A stretch of 64,000 nucleotides of DNA. Source: a virus (taxonomy: Duplodnaviria; Caudoviricetes). The translations under genes and the position numbers were made by a program. The stretch lies in IMG/VR virus record IMGVR_UViG_3300032290_001086, one strand, 5' to 3'. Below, in pieces: positions 35,234 through 47,800 of the stretch; position 1 is the stretch's first letter, and each line of letters starts with the position of its first letter. The notes under the pieces are model-generated. The model was given only the letters and a program-made list of their open reading frames with translations. It did not search any database and was not told the origin of the DNA.

Positions 35234-35452
35234 ATGGAAAAAAGAACATTACAACAACATATTAATGATGATATAAAAGAAATAGATTGTCCAGTTACTA
35301 ATGGGCAACGTCGTCGTCATTTAGAATCTGAGTTAGAACAACTAGAAAGATATCAAGAAAAGAACCCAGATAAAACTGAGGATCCTACAAGTCTAGAACT
35401 ATATTGTAGTGATAACCCAGCCGCTCCAGAATGTCTTATATACGAAGTTTGA
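35234..35452 (+). CDS. cp12: CP12 Calvin-cycle regulator
   Basis: C-terminal PTSLELYCSDNPAAPECLIYE. Confidence 0.85.
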   Translation: MEKRTLQQHINDDIKEIDCPVTNGQRRRHLESELEQLERYQEKNPDKTEDPTSLELYCSDNPAAPECLIYEV

Positions 35453-35455
35453 TAC

Positions 35456-37942
35456 ATGTCAATAAATCCTACATTACAGACTCCTGCTTTCCTAGGTAAT
35501 AATGATTTTACTTGGTGGTTAGGAACAGTAGAAAACTCTGACGATAGAGATGCAAAATTAGGAAGAGTAAAAGTAAATATTCTTGGGTTTCATCGTTCGG
35601 ATGAAAAGCCAGATAATCTTCCATGGGCATTAGTATTGCAGCCAACTACAAATCCAGCAGTAGGTGGAATTGGAAATGCTGCTAATTGCTTGAAGCCTGG
35701 AAGTTTTGTTATGGGATTCTTTTTAGATTACCCAGATTGTCAACAACCTGTTGTGATGGGAACTTTTTATAGTCAAATAAAAAAAGTAATCGAACCAGAC
35801 ACTCAACAAGCTAGAGATAATCCAGGGGCTGTACACATTAGAAAGTCTAAAGGTTCCACCGAAACTGGACAACCACAAGAATCGGAAAATGTAGTTCCTA
35901 CTGCAGAAAAAGCTAGTAATACAACATCAGAAACTGGTGGAGGAATTCCAGTTTCTGATAGCATTGCTGCTAAATCTTCTCCTGCATCTCCATCAAACCC
36001 TTCTGGAAGAGTGGGTGCTGTTCCAATTGCAGATGGAAAAGATGGTCCACTAAAAATAATTAGTGAACAAATTAAGATGTGTATTGAAGAACTTGGTAAT
36101 ATTTTCAAGACGGGTAAAGTATATCAACCAAATAAAGGTAATCCAGTATTAACTTCAGATATATCTAAAGAACAACAATATATTCCAATATCTAATGTTA
36201 ACGACTTTCCAGATTTCGGAAAAATAAAAATAGGAAGTGAATATATTGGGTATAATGGAAAGAATGAATATTCTCTGACAAATATTGTTAGAGGAATGAA
36301 TTCAACAAAACCATCTCAATATACAAAAGGAACAAAGGTTACATACATACCAAAAACAGATAGTCCAATAGAAATTGTTGGCAAATTCACTGATAAAGTT
36401 GTAGATATTAAGTCTGCCGTAAATGCTTGTATATCTGTTATACGAAATTTAGTTTGGTATATTGTAAATGAAATAAAATCTTTCTTAATGAAAGAAGTAA
36501 CAAAATATTTAAATATTCTTGGTCTTTCTTCAGTTAGTCCAATTCCATTTTTTGTAAAAACGGTAACTGAAGTAATCATTCAAGTACTAAGAACTATTGG
36601 ATGTACTTTAGATGAAGCTCTCGTTGATGCAATAATGGGAGGAATCGAAGGATTTATTAATGAATTTGTAGAAAATTTAGCAGATCAGTTAATAAGACAA
36701 ACAGAACAATTTATTAATTTTGCAGAACAATGTATAAATGATGTATTTGGTTCTATTTTTCAGTTAACATCTATTGCAACTCAGATTGCCGATGCAGTAG
36801 CTGGAATTACAGATTTAATATCTTCAGTTTCAAATATTGGAAATGCTGGAGATTTATTTGATAGTAATGGTATGGTTAATGCTGCAGCATTAGGTAGCGT
36901 TGGAAATATTGTTGGGTTTATTTTAAACTTACTTGGAATTGGTTGTAATAGAACTACTGATTCTCCATTGCAAATTACATGGGAAGATTGCCAGTTAACT
37001 GAAAATAATTGTAATCCATTTAATTTTGTTGTTACTGGTGGTATACCTGGAAGATGGAATCCAGAATATTCTAAATTATTTGTACAAACTTCTGAATCTG
37101 GACATACTATTGTAATGGACGATACTCCACATAGCAATAGACTTGTAATCGAAGCTGGTGGTAGTAAAACTGGATTTCATATTTTAGATAATGGAGACAT
37201 TGAAGTAACAAATAGTAATAATAAAACTGAAATAACTTTCGGCAAACAAAAGGTTATAATAAAAGGAGATGTATATACTGAAGTTAAAGGTAATTATCAT
37301 TTACAAGTAGATGGAAATTATCATCTTAACGTTAATGGTCAGTATAACGTATATGCAAACAGAGAAAGCAAAATTACATATGGAGGAGAACATGAAACAA
37401 TATTTAAAAGTGATTCAAAACTAAGTGCTGCTAATGGACTTGGAATTGCAGGATCTAAAATTGGATTTAGTGCTTCTGGACAATTAGATATACATACACC
37501 AACTTTATCTACTTATGTAACAGAACAAAATCATTTATGTACTGGATCTTGGAACTTGTATGCAAACTTTAAAAATGATTATATTGCATTGAATAAATTT
37601 TGTTTAGTCGGCGGAAATAAAACTTCATTACGAGCAGGATTAAATTCTGATATCGGTACAGGAGCTTCGCAAAAATATCAAGCAACAGCAGAGACTGTGT
37701 GGAAAGGAGGATTATATAGTCAAACTATAATAGGAGCATCAAATCAAGTTAAGATGTCAGTAGATAATAAAACCACAGTTGGAACTACTACCGATAATTT
37801 ATTTGCTACTAGATTAAAATCCGTTGTTGGCACAGACTTTAAAACTATGACTGGATTGAATTTTGACTTATCCGAAGGAATTGATTTTAATTTATCCGAT
37901 GCATTAACATTCACTCAATCTCCTGCTATAATGAACGCTTAA
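35456..37942 (+). CDS. gp5: Baseplate hub / spike protein gp5
   Basis: WWLGTVE..LGRVKV..LPWA..GFFLD..QQPVVMG OB-fold; SESGH..DDTP; beta-helix repeats. Confidence 0.88.
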   Translation: MSINPTLQTPAFLGNNDFTWWLGTVENSDDRDAKLGRVKVNILGFHRSDEKPDNLPWALVLQPTTNPAVGGIGNAANCLKPGSFVMGFFLDYPDCQQPVVMGTFYSQIKKVIEPDTQQARDNPGAVHIRKSKGSTETGQPQESENVVPTAEKASNTTSETGGGIPVSDSIAAKSSPASPSNPSGRVGAVPIADGKDGPLKIISEQIKMCIEELGNIFKTGKVYQPNKGNPVLTSDISKEQQYIPISNVNDFPDFGKIKIGSEYIGYNGKNEYSLTNIVRGMNSTKPSQYTKGTKVTYIPKTDSPIEIVGKFTDKVVDIKSAVNACISVIRNLVWYIVNEIKSFLMKEVTKYLNILGLSSVSPIPFFVKTVTEVIIQVLRTIGCTLDEALVDAIMGGIEGFINEFVENLADQLIRQTEQFINFAEQCINDVFGSIFQLTSIATQIADAVAGITDLISSVSNIGNAGDLFDSNGMVNAAALGSVGNIVGFILNLLGIGCNRTTDSPLQITWEDCQLTENNCNPFNFVVTGGIPGRWNPEYSKLFVQTSESGHTIVMDDTPHSNRLVIEAGGSKTGFHILDNGDIEVTNSNNKTEITFGKQKVIIKGDVYTEVKGNYHLQVDGNYHLNVNGQYNVYANRESKITYGGEHETIFKSDSKLSAANGLGIAGSKIGFSASGQLDIHTPTLSTYVTEQNHLCTGSWNLYANFKNDYIALNKFCLVGGNKTSLRAGLNSDIGTGASQKYQATAETVWKGGLYSQTIIGASNQVKMSVDNKTTVGTTTDNLFATRLKSVVGTDFKTMTGLNFDLSEGIDFNLSDALTFTQSPAIMNA

Positions 37943-37960
37943 ATATAATTTACTTAGTAC

Positions 37961-37989
37961 TTGACAGGTCGATCTGTCTGTGCTATACT
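37961..37989 (+). promoter_or_regulatory. Sigma70-type promoter
   Basis: TTGACA-17 bp-TATACT. Confidence 0.8.
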
Positions 37990-38013
37990 ATACAAGTAAA
38001 TCGAATACACCTT

Positions 38014-38199
38014 ATGCAAATCACAGACTACTCAACTTTAGGTAGGGTTGAAATTGATATGTTGTCTAGAGTTATTCATTTACACGGTGATGATGGTGAA
38101 TACCTTAAAGTAGAAGAATCTAATCCAGAGGATTTTACTAAGATGTGTGCGTTCGTCAATCAAACTCTGACCCCAGATATGATTGAGTACAAGTATTGA
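38014..38199 (+). CDS. Hypothetical protein
   Basis: 61 aa ORF after the promoter. Confidence 0.65.
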   Translation: MQITDYSTLGRVEIDMLSRVIHLHGDDGEYLKVEESNPEDFTKMCAFVNQTLTPDMIEYKY

Positions 38200-38224
38200 C
38201 AAAATACGGAATCCATATTATGAT
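38196..38224 (+). promoter_or_regulatory. Sigma70-type promoter
   Basis: TTGACA-17 bp-TATGAT. Confidence 0.75.
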
Positions 38225-38230
38225 AGTCTT

Positions 38231-38341
38231 GTCCGTGTGAAGGAAGTTTAAAAAATGACACTTTACTTAGTCATTTAAATACAAATCTCAAAATAGTTTT
38301 TGATGTTAATCTTTTCATAAGAGTATTTTGAGATTTTTTTT
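38231..38341 (+). ncRNA. Candidate small RNA
   Basis: Promoter, 5' GTCCGTGTGAAGGAAG, two hairpins, T-run, no ORF. Confidence 0.45.
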
Positions 38342-38343
38342 AC

Positions 38344-38427
38344 GGGAGCGTGGCGTAATTGGTAGCCGCATCAGACTTAAAATCTGCTGGTCGTATGACC
38401 GTGGGGGTTCGAGTCCCCCCGCTCCTA
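38344..38427 (+). tRNA. tRNA-Leu(TAA)
   Basis: Loop CTTAAAA, V-arm. Confidence 0.95.
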
Positions 38428-38461
38428 TATAAATAACCCTGTATTATTTTTAGTTGGTATA

Positions 38462-38797
38462 TTGGAAAAGCTAGGTAAGCATTGTGTTGCAGAGGTATAT
38501 GGCTGCCCGCATGAAATTTTAAATAATGAGCAACTTCTAGTGGAAACATTTAAAGAAGCTATTATACTTTCTGGGGCTACCTTGTTGAATATAGCATCGC
38601 ATAAATTTGATCCGCAAGGAGTTACTATAGTTGCGTTATTATCTGAAAGTCATATAAGTATACACACTTGGCCAGAGTTAGGAAGTGCTGCTTTGGATGT
38701 GTTTACTTGTGGTATCAGTCAACCAGAACTAGCTTTGCTTCATTGTGTTGAAGTATTGAAACCAACAAATTATAACATGAAATGCTTTGATAGATAA
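38462..38797 (+). CDS. speD: Pyruvoyl-dependent S-adenosylmethionine decarboxylase family
   Basis: F.PQGVT..LLSESHISIHTWPE..DVFTCG; TTG start; TATAAATA at 38428. Confidence 0.92.
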   Translation: MEKLGKHCVAEVYGCPHEILNNEQLLVETFKEAIILSGATLLNIASHKFDPQGVTIVALLSESHISIHTWPELGSAALDVFTCGISQPELALLHCVEVLKPTNYNMKCFDR

Positions 38798-38802
38798 TTC
38801 TG

Positions 38803-38810
38803 TATAAATA
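38803..38810 (+). promoter_or_regulatory. Late promoter
   Basis: TATAAATA. Confidence 0.75.
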
Positions 38811-38845
38811 AACTTAGATTTCAAGCTCTCTACGGAAATAGAAAT

Positions 38846-41800
38846 ATGGCTCTAACTAGAGTAACTTCTGGTGGTATTGCAGAAGGCGTAGTTATTAGAT
38901 TTAGTGGAAACGGCACTCCAGAATACCGTGTGCCAGGATCACCTGCAATTACGTTTGAGAACGACACAGATACAGGCGTATACAATCCAAATCCAAATGA
39001 ACTTGCAATTACTACTGGAGGAACTGCTAGACTAATTTTCAAGTCTGATGGTCAGATTGTTACTGGGAACGGAACTTCTCTTGGAGGTACTAACCCAGAC
39101 TTCGCAAATGCTACAAATATTGTTCTTTACGTTAACCAGTCAGATAAGAACGCAACTGATGTAGAGACAAACGACGGCGGTAATATTAACAGACCTTTTA
39201 AAACAATTGAGAGAGGACTTGTAGAAGCAGCAAGAAAGAGTTATGTAGCACAAGGACAAGACAGATTTGAAGCGTACACCATTATGGTGTTACCTGGAGA
39301 TTATACAATTGATAACCGTCCAGGTATTGATGTAACTACTAACCCACTTGCTGCTTCTGCATCAGAAACCCCAGGATCTTCTGCAACAACTGGAAATCTT
39401 GCAACAGGATCTGCATGGAGATTTAACCCAAGAAATGGTGGGGTCATTGTACCTAGAGGTACTTCTATTGTTGGTTATGACCTAAGAAAGACAGTTATTC
39501 GTCCTAAGTATGTTCCATCACCAATTTCTGATGACGGAAGCATAACAAGTGACAACTATGTGATTAGTGGTGTCATGTATGATGCTGCTAATATGATTCA
39601 GAAGGCTCGTGGATTTATTGTAGAGCAAGCATTTTTACATGCAAAGCAACTATATCCTTCCATTGGAAATATCAATGAAACTTGCAAAAGAGATATTGGA
39701 TACATTGTAGATGCTGTTATTACTGACCTTAGAGAAGGTGGTAACGCAAATTCATTTGTAGCTGGTGAATTCTATACTGATGGAACTTCACTAAGATTTA
39801 TTGCTGATGGTACTGAAAAAATTGCGACTCTAGCTGCATTCAATAAAGCTAGAGATATCATGCTTCATGCTATTAATGCATGGATTACTAATAATGTTCC
39901 TGCTAATTATAGCTTTACTGAGATTACAACTGGAGCTACTCCAGGTCTCAAGCCTTCATATACTAGTACTGGTGTAAATAAGGATTATTCTACTGGTAGC
40001 ACATATGATTCTTCATGTGCTACTGCAGAGTCTGCAATTATTAGTTTAATGGGTATTATTACTGGCATTGTCAGTAATCCAGATACTTATACCGAGTTAT
40101 ACAAGAAAGTTCTAGGTGTTGGGTTCCAAACATCAATCTTTAAAGTAACTGGTGGCTGCTACTTCTGGCAGATGACCTTTAAAGATGCCAAGACAAATCC
40201 ATTAAATTCTGTAACCTATAATGGAAGTGGAATTCCAACATTCACTCAAGCAACTACGCCATTCTATTCTCACCACAGAGTTGTTTCATTTACTTATGCA
40301 GATCAAAGAACAACTGATGGTGAACTAGATAAGTACTATAAGAGAATTGACTCTTGGGCTGCAGATATTACTGTTGGCAATGAGCCAAGAATTGCACGTC
40401 CAGAAGAATATACTATCGTTGGTGATGCTTCTACTAAGCAAAGTATTGATACTGTAAACTCTGCATCTCCTTACATCTTTAACTGTTCACTACGTTCTAT
40501 CCTCGGTCTTTGCGGTATGCATACCGATGGTAGTAAAGTTAAAGAGAGTAGCTTCAAGTCTATGGTTGTTGCTCAGTTCACTGGAATTTCTCTACAGAAA
40601 GATCCAAACGCATACTGGCAACCAAGAAACGCAACTGGTAGAGTATATACAGATTCTCTTACAACATTCCAAACTGGAGATTCAATACGAAACGTAGAAA
40701 ATGAATCTGAGAGTATAGACAATCTTGGCCCAATCTATGCAGATCCAAACGCAGAATATAAGCATGATTGGAGACACTTCCACATTAAAGCTTCTGAAGG
40801 TGCATTCATTCAGGTAGTTTCGGTTTTCGCAGTTGGCTATGCGGACCAATTCTTGGCAGTTAATGGTGGTGATATGTCCATCACCAACTCTAACTCTAAC
40901 TTTGGACATATTGCACTCAGAGCAGTTGGAAACAAATTTACTGTAGATCCACCTTCTGCATATGGTAAAATTACAGCACTTATTCCTCCTGCTGGTATTT
41001 CCAATACTTCACAGTATACTGAAATTTATCCAATTGCAACTGACATTACTTGGAAAGCAAACCTTGGAGAATCCGCAGAAAAAACTCAGCCATTCTGGGG
41101 ACAGGCAAAGACTAACTTTAGTACTGCTAATGGAAACTTCTTTAAATTATATCTTGAAATTCCAGGAGTACAGGCAGAATCAGATATTCCAGAACTTGTA
41201 GTAGAATCAAAAGATGTAAATACTGGAAATATAGTAGTTAAAAGATTCTTAACATTTGGCGCAAATAATAACTACAATTTATTCAGAGATTATTACACCA
41301 CTGCTGGGGTGCAAGCTCAGGCAGATTGTAAAATTTCTAACCAAGTAGATACTGCTACTGGTGGAGTTTCAAACTACGAAGCAGTCATTGAACTTGCTGC
41401 ATCAGCTACTGGGGATAATACAACTAACGTACCAGGCAACCTTCAGAGACAAGGTTACTTCTGGGATCCAAGTAGACAAAAAGTTTATTTAAAAATCAAC
41501 CCAAATTACACCTCATCTAGAACATATGTTGCAGACTTCTTATTTTCTAGCGTAATTGAAACTCAATTCGTAACAGTAACAGAAACTCTTCCAGATGGAA
41601 GCAGCCAGGTTGTTTCTAGAACTGAGGATGTAAATGTACTAGAATGGTGGGATTCATTCCCAGGAAGTATTACATCTGCGAAGTTTGTTGATGCTAGAGC
41701 AGCAAATCCAAATGATTTACTCTGGAGAGTTAAGTACGTTATTCCTAAGGATTATAGAGATCCAGATTTGAAAGTTCTTACTCCAAAGCCACCAGAAAAG

Positions 41801-44800
41801 AGATTTATTATTAAAGGTACTGCTCCAGGAAATGATGGATACGGTATTCCATATAGTAGCTATAGGTTTACAATTTGGGATGTACAAGAAATTGATACTT
41901 GGGAAAGAGATGTTAGAGATGGTGTATACTATCTAACAGTATTAAGAGCTGATGTTGATAAATTTATGGATGGTGATAGTGGTTCATATAAGAACTCACC
42001 AATCACATTAACTCGTGATGATCAATATCAAACTATTGTTGCAGATGGACTATCTGAACTTTATAGAAATGATAATAATTATAGAGTATCTACTAACGTA
42101 AACTACCTATATCCTTCAACTAACGAAGAAGGTAATATCACTAATGCAAGAACAATTTGGAACCCACCACAAACAGATTCACGTTGTATTGTTGAATATC
42201 TCAGTGGGCAGGGTGCTAATGGAGCATATAGACCAAAAGATGTTTCTGTACCTAACAAAAAATATTATAATACATCAGTATCAACCACTCCATTCTATGA
42301 AGTTCCTGCATTAACATCTGTTACTGCAGAAGCTTGCCATAGACTTGTAGCAGCATTAAATCTTTGCTATGTTAAAAACGTATCTACTACATCTACCCAA
42401 ATTAAGGTAGCTCCAGTTTGCAGTTGGGATGCTAGAACTACATTTGGAACTCAAACTATTAATGGTACTGCTAATACTGCATTATTCAATTCAGTATCTA
42501 CTACGTTCAATATCTATGGTGATGTAAGTGAAAGCAATCCTACAAACTATAGATGGGGTTCTGGTAAATCATTCAACTCAACTAGTGATTTAAATCAATA
42601 TGGTGTTAATGGATCTGAAGAAGATAGAAAGATTGTCTGTTGTTCATATTCACCTTCAGTTACAAATATTACAAATGGTAATGAAGTAACTAACGAAAGT
42701 AATACTATTCTTTCTCTAGGTCCAGTAGTACCTCTTTACAGACCATCTATTCTTCGTGCATCTTCACATACATGGGAATACATTGGTATTGGTCCTGGTA
42801 ACTATTCAACTGGTTTCCCAAATCTACAGACCAGAGTTCTCAAGCCATATGAGCAATTCATTGTTCAGGGATATGAAAATGGTGGTGGTTTCATTGCATC
42901 ATCAGGTACAAACTCTGCTGGTGACTTCTACATCGGAAACCAAGTTATTCAAGCTGGTGGTCAGTCCACTACAACTCTAAACGTACCAAAAGTTCGTAAA
43001 TCTTCAGAATCAAACTCAGTTGATTTTACTGATATTGAAAACAGAATTGCAAACAACGTTATTAACGTTATTGCATCTGAAAATAGAAGTTCTGCTAGCC
43101 AGAATCTTCTCAAGGGGCTTTCAAACTTCTTCACTACTGCAAGATTAACTGTTTCTGATAGAGCTAATATTCAAACTCTATACATCACTGATAAACTTTA
43201 TATTGCAAATACTAAGATTCTCAACGGAGATAAGTTCCCAGAAGGCGGTCCCGAAGGATATGGTTTTGCTAAGGGTGCAAGACCAGAAAAGACTGGTTTT
43301 ATTGCAACTGATACTAATGATAGACTTTATGTATCTCCTAAATTCCTTGATGCATGGAGAATTAAGAAGAAGATTCTATCTGCTTCAAACGTTAACCTAG
43401 ATAACAACAGAATCTATATTGAACCACTCAGCAGAACATTTATTAATTCTATACAAACTAGTTTAACTACCGCTCTCACAATTCCAACATTATTCAATGG
43501 AAGCCTTGTAAGAAATATAGTTGGTGGTGTAACTTATGGTGTATTAACTATTACTGGTGGTGCAACTGCAACTTCTCTAAATCTATACGTTGGAATGAAA
43601 ATTGCTCAGTATGTAACTTCTGGAAGTGCTGTTCTTACTGGCGAGGCAAGAATTAAATCAATTGATTCCACAACTCAGGTTACTTTAGAAAATGTAACTG
43701 CTGTTCCCGCAACTTCAACTTCTGGTCAATTCTATGGAATTGATAGAATCAGATTGTTTGATACCAGTGGATTACCTCCATTTGGTAGAATTGATCTTGA
43801 AATGTCAATCAACCAAATTACTGCAGAAGATTATATTCTTGATTCTGGCATTAAGTACTACTTCAATCCTACTATTAATATTTCTTTACAGTATGATGAT
43901 ATTGATTATACTAATAACACTCTTGAAGTAACAACAATTCAAAATTACCTTTCATATTATGATTATGTACGTAGTGTTCTACCAGCTTCTAGTGCGTTCA
44001 ATCTACATACAATTACAAGAAATTATTCCTCAGTTCTACCTGTAATTGATAGTGATGCAACTTTAACTGATACTCAGTATCTAAGTGGAACTATTACTGG
44101 AGTAACTGCACATCCAACTGCAGGACTAATTTCAAACACTTCAATTCCTTCAAGTATTGTTGATGTTCCTAGAAATGATTTCTTAGTAAGAATCGGCGTA
44201 AGCTCCACATTCTATAATACTGTTCCTTCCAGAGGTGCAGTAACCATTAGAAGAAGTGTGTCTGGATCAGTAAGATATACAACATTGGTATACTTCAAGA
44301 ATACTAATTTCTCCAATCAACTTTGTATTCTAAGAAGAATTGATACTCAATCTAAGAGTGATAGCTCATTTACTTACAGCACTAGCGATCCATTCACTAA
44401 GATCTTCTTTACTGGTTCTACTTGCTATGCATCTTATGGAGATAAGTGGACGTTTGAATCCGCATTCATTCCTTCAGTAGAAACAATTACGGAAGATGTA
44501 GACATCGAAAGTGCAACTCTATACACATTACCAGAAAAGCCTGTTCCATATACTGGAGATGTAGATACAACATATACAGATTCTATTGTTCCAAACCCAG
44601 TAACCTCAAAAGCTCTTGGTGCAAACTTACAGACCAAGCGTGCAGTTAAGACCTTCCAGCCATTTGAAACCCTAACTCAAGCAGCTAAGTTTGCAGAAGA
44701 GTCTGCATTTGGTCCAACTGATGAAATTGAAATTCTAATGAAGCCTGGTTACTACAGACTTGTTGGATCTACATTCCCATGTCAAGTTAGAATTAATGGT

Positions 44801-47800
44801 TCTGGAGTAACAAGCACTACAGAGCAATACTCTAAAGAATTTGCTAAGAGATCTGCTGGAAGAATCGGTGGATATGCATTAACAGATGTTCGTTCTGGAG
44901 ATAGCGTAAACTTCTTTAGAAGTGCAGATTTCAGTAACAACTATGCAGGTAGAACTGACTTACTCTATGTTTCAACTGGTGGAAGAAATATTACTTCTAC
45001 TGGTGGTCTAGACATTAGTAATGTACACTTCTTAGGTCTCAATGAAGCTATCACAAGAAATGAGATTCTTGATAACTCATACTCTGATGATACACAAGTT
45101 ATTATTTCAAGAAGAAGAGTAAGAAAAGCATGGTATGTTAAGAAGTCAACTGGATTCCCAACAAGCACTGCTGGTGTTCTTGGTGGACTTGGTTTCCATG
45201 CAACTTATGCAAGTACAACTGGAAAACCATCATTTAGTTATACTGTAAATGATGCAGGATTAACTGATGAATCTGGTGTAATTGTAGCTCCAGCAGTAGA
45301 TGTTAATAATGTTGCAAAAGATGCTAGGTACATGGTTATCACATTTACTGCAACTAACTTTAGCAGCACATCTGGTTCTCCAAGTGATAACCAAAGATTT
45401 AATTGGATTAAAGATTATGTAATTCCTGGAACTACGTTATTCTATTTCCCAAATAATACTGGAACTAGTGCTACTGTAGATTCTACTACTAGAAAGACTA
45501 GAGTTCTTGATGTAAGAAAGAACTTTACTGGAACTACTCTTACTAGCATTCAAGTTTATGTTGCGATGTACGATGGTGGTGGATTTACTTCAGAAGATGA
45601 AGATTTAAATATCAGTGAGATTAATGATCTAACTAATGGACTCTATTTTGTATTTGTTAATCGTGATGGTGATGAGTTTGTAACTCTTACTTACAACTGG
45701 TGTTTAGAAATGAGACGCCAGTTACTGCCAAAAACATTTACAACTTCTGGAGAAGGATATGATCCAACTTCAGTTGACACCCCAGAAATTTATGGAATCA
45801 TTGCAGGTTACACTAGAGATACTCTAAACTTAGTTATCGACCTTAATCCTACTGCAGATTTTGGTGGAATCAGAACATTCTCATTCACTACTGCAGGAGC
45901 TGCAGCTGGAGATGAAACTTATAATGGAATTACTCCAGTAAGTCCACCTACATCTGGAGGAACTGGAGCACAATTTACAGTCACCAGAAGTGGTGGAGTA
46001 TATAGCGTACTTATAGCAGAGGCTGGTTCTGGATATAAGATTGGTGATATAATCACACTTTCTGGAACTGCAGTTGGTGGTGGATCTAATATCACTGTAA
46101 CAGTTGGAGCAATTACTCCTGCTAAGTCTAGATATACAGGTGCAGGAATTATGGGCAAGCACCCATCTATTCTTGTTAAGATCGGTGATACAAGTGAAGA
46201 ATATAGTGTAACTATTCCAACCACACCTAATGGATTCCTAAGAACTTATGGATTTACAAATGATAGATTCTATCTATTGGAAGTAAACTCCGCTGTTATT
46301 GGAAGTACTACTGATAATATTGGTGTAAATGGTACTGTAGTTGGTGGATTCTCTGGTTATGGTTTCTCTGATATTAATGGATATAGTGCTCTAGACGGAG
46401 GAACATTTACATTTGAAGGTAAGACTTATCCTCAATCTGCAAGAAGAAAGACTGTATTTTCAAGCAGAGCTGAGCTTGATGCTGTTGCTAAGTATAATCT
46501 ATATCAGTCTGGAGGTAATCAATCTGCAAATCCATACGGATACTACAGAAGTGGTGCTCTCGGAATGACCACAAGAGGCAGAGAAATTTTCATTAACTAT
46601 GCACAAAATTATAGAATTTCTAGAAAGAAATTCCCAACTTCTGCTCCTCCTTCAGTCGGAAATCTAGGTACTACTTTAATTAGAGTAAATGGTATTCCTG
46701 GAAGTACAAACCAAGTAACTCTTAGTGATGTAACTGTCGGTGCATTCTCAGATTCTAGTGACAGATCCAACACATATGGTGGTGGATATAACGGGGGTCT
46801 AATTGCAATTAATAATGGCCAAATTAATATCCGTGGTCTCAGAATTAGAGGTAATTTAATTCTTGATTGGTCCAGTCTTCTAACTGCTGGTGGAGCTTCT
46901 AGATTAAATTCAAATAATAAATTTGGATATGGTCACTCTGTAGATTTAATTGAGCCTAGAGAAACTTCCTATGTAACTGGAATTGGTGCTAATAATTATA
47001 GAAGATTGAATGTAAGTAAGGATGATATTAACTTCCAGTACTATACGACATATACAAGAACAAATAATATGTATATTGAGCCTAATTTCCTACCAACTGG
47101 AAAGAGGGTTGATTATGACTCAAGAGCATTCCCAATCACAACCATTGCTGCAATTCCTAAATTTGATGACCAAACTTTAAATTATAAGACTCAAGTTATA
47201 CTAGATGAGAAGTTTAGCACACAAAGACTGATTTATGCATCAAGTGGTGCAAATACAAGTGGATATAATCTAAGATATAATAACACTACTACAACTATTC
47301 CTGCTAATACTCCTGGAGGACATCCAAACTCTGCTAAGGAACTTCTCAGAAAAACTCTGGTATTTACTCTTCCTTATAGCACTGAAAATGAGCAAAATAT
47401 TGCAGAAAATATCGCTAAAAATGTATTCCCTAACTTTACTAAAATTGTAAGATTTGGTAACACTGATTCTGTTCTTGCTACTGTTACTCAACTTTCATTC
47501 TATAATCAACTAGGAGTAGCATATTTTGAGATTACTTTCAGTGGAAATATTGAATATAATAATCTAGATAAGACAGATGGCACTCCATCAAATTGGACTG
47601 GATTTGAACTTCAATTACTAACTAACTATATTCCATCCCAGAGATTTAATTATCTTGCTACACTAACAACAAGATATAAGAAGATTGCAAACTCTGATGT
47701 TATCAGTTCTACTGGTGCTGCAGTTGGAACATATTCAAGACTAGAAATTGGATATGATGCTGCACAGAAGCGTTCTGTATTTGCAGAAAATAAAGATTTA

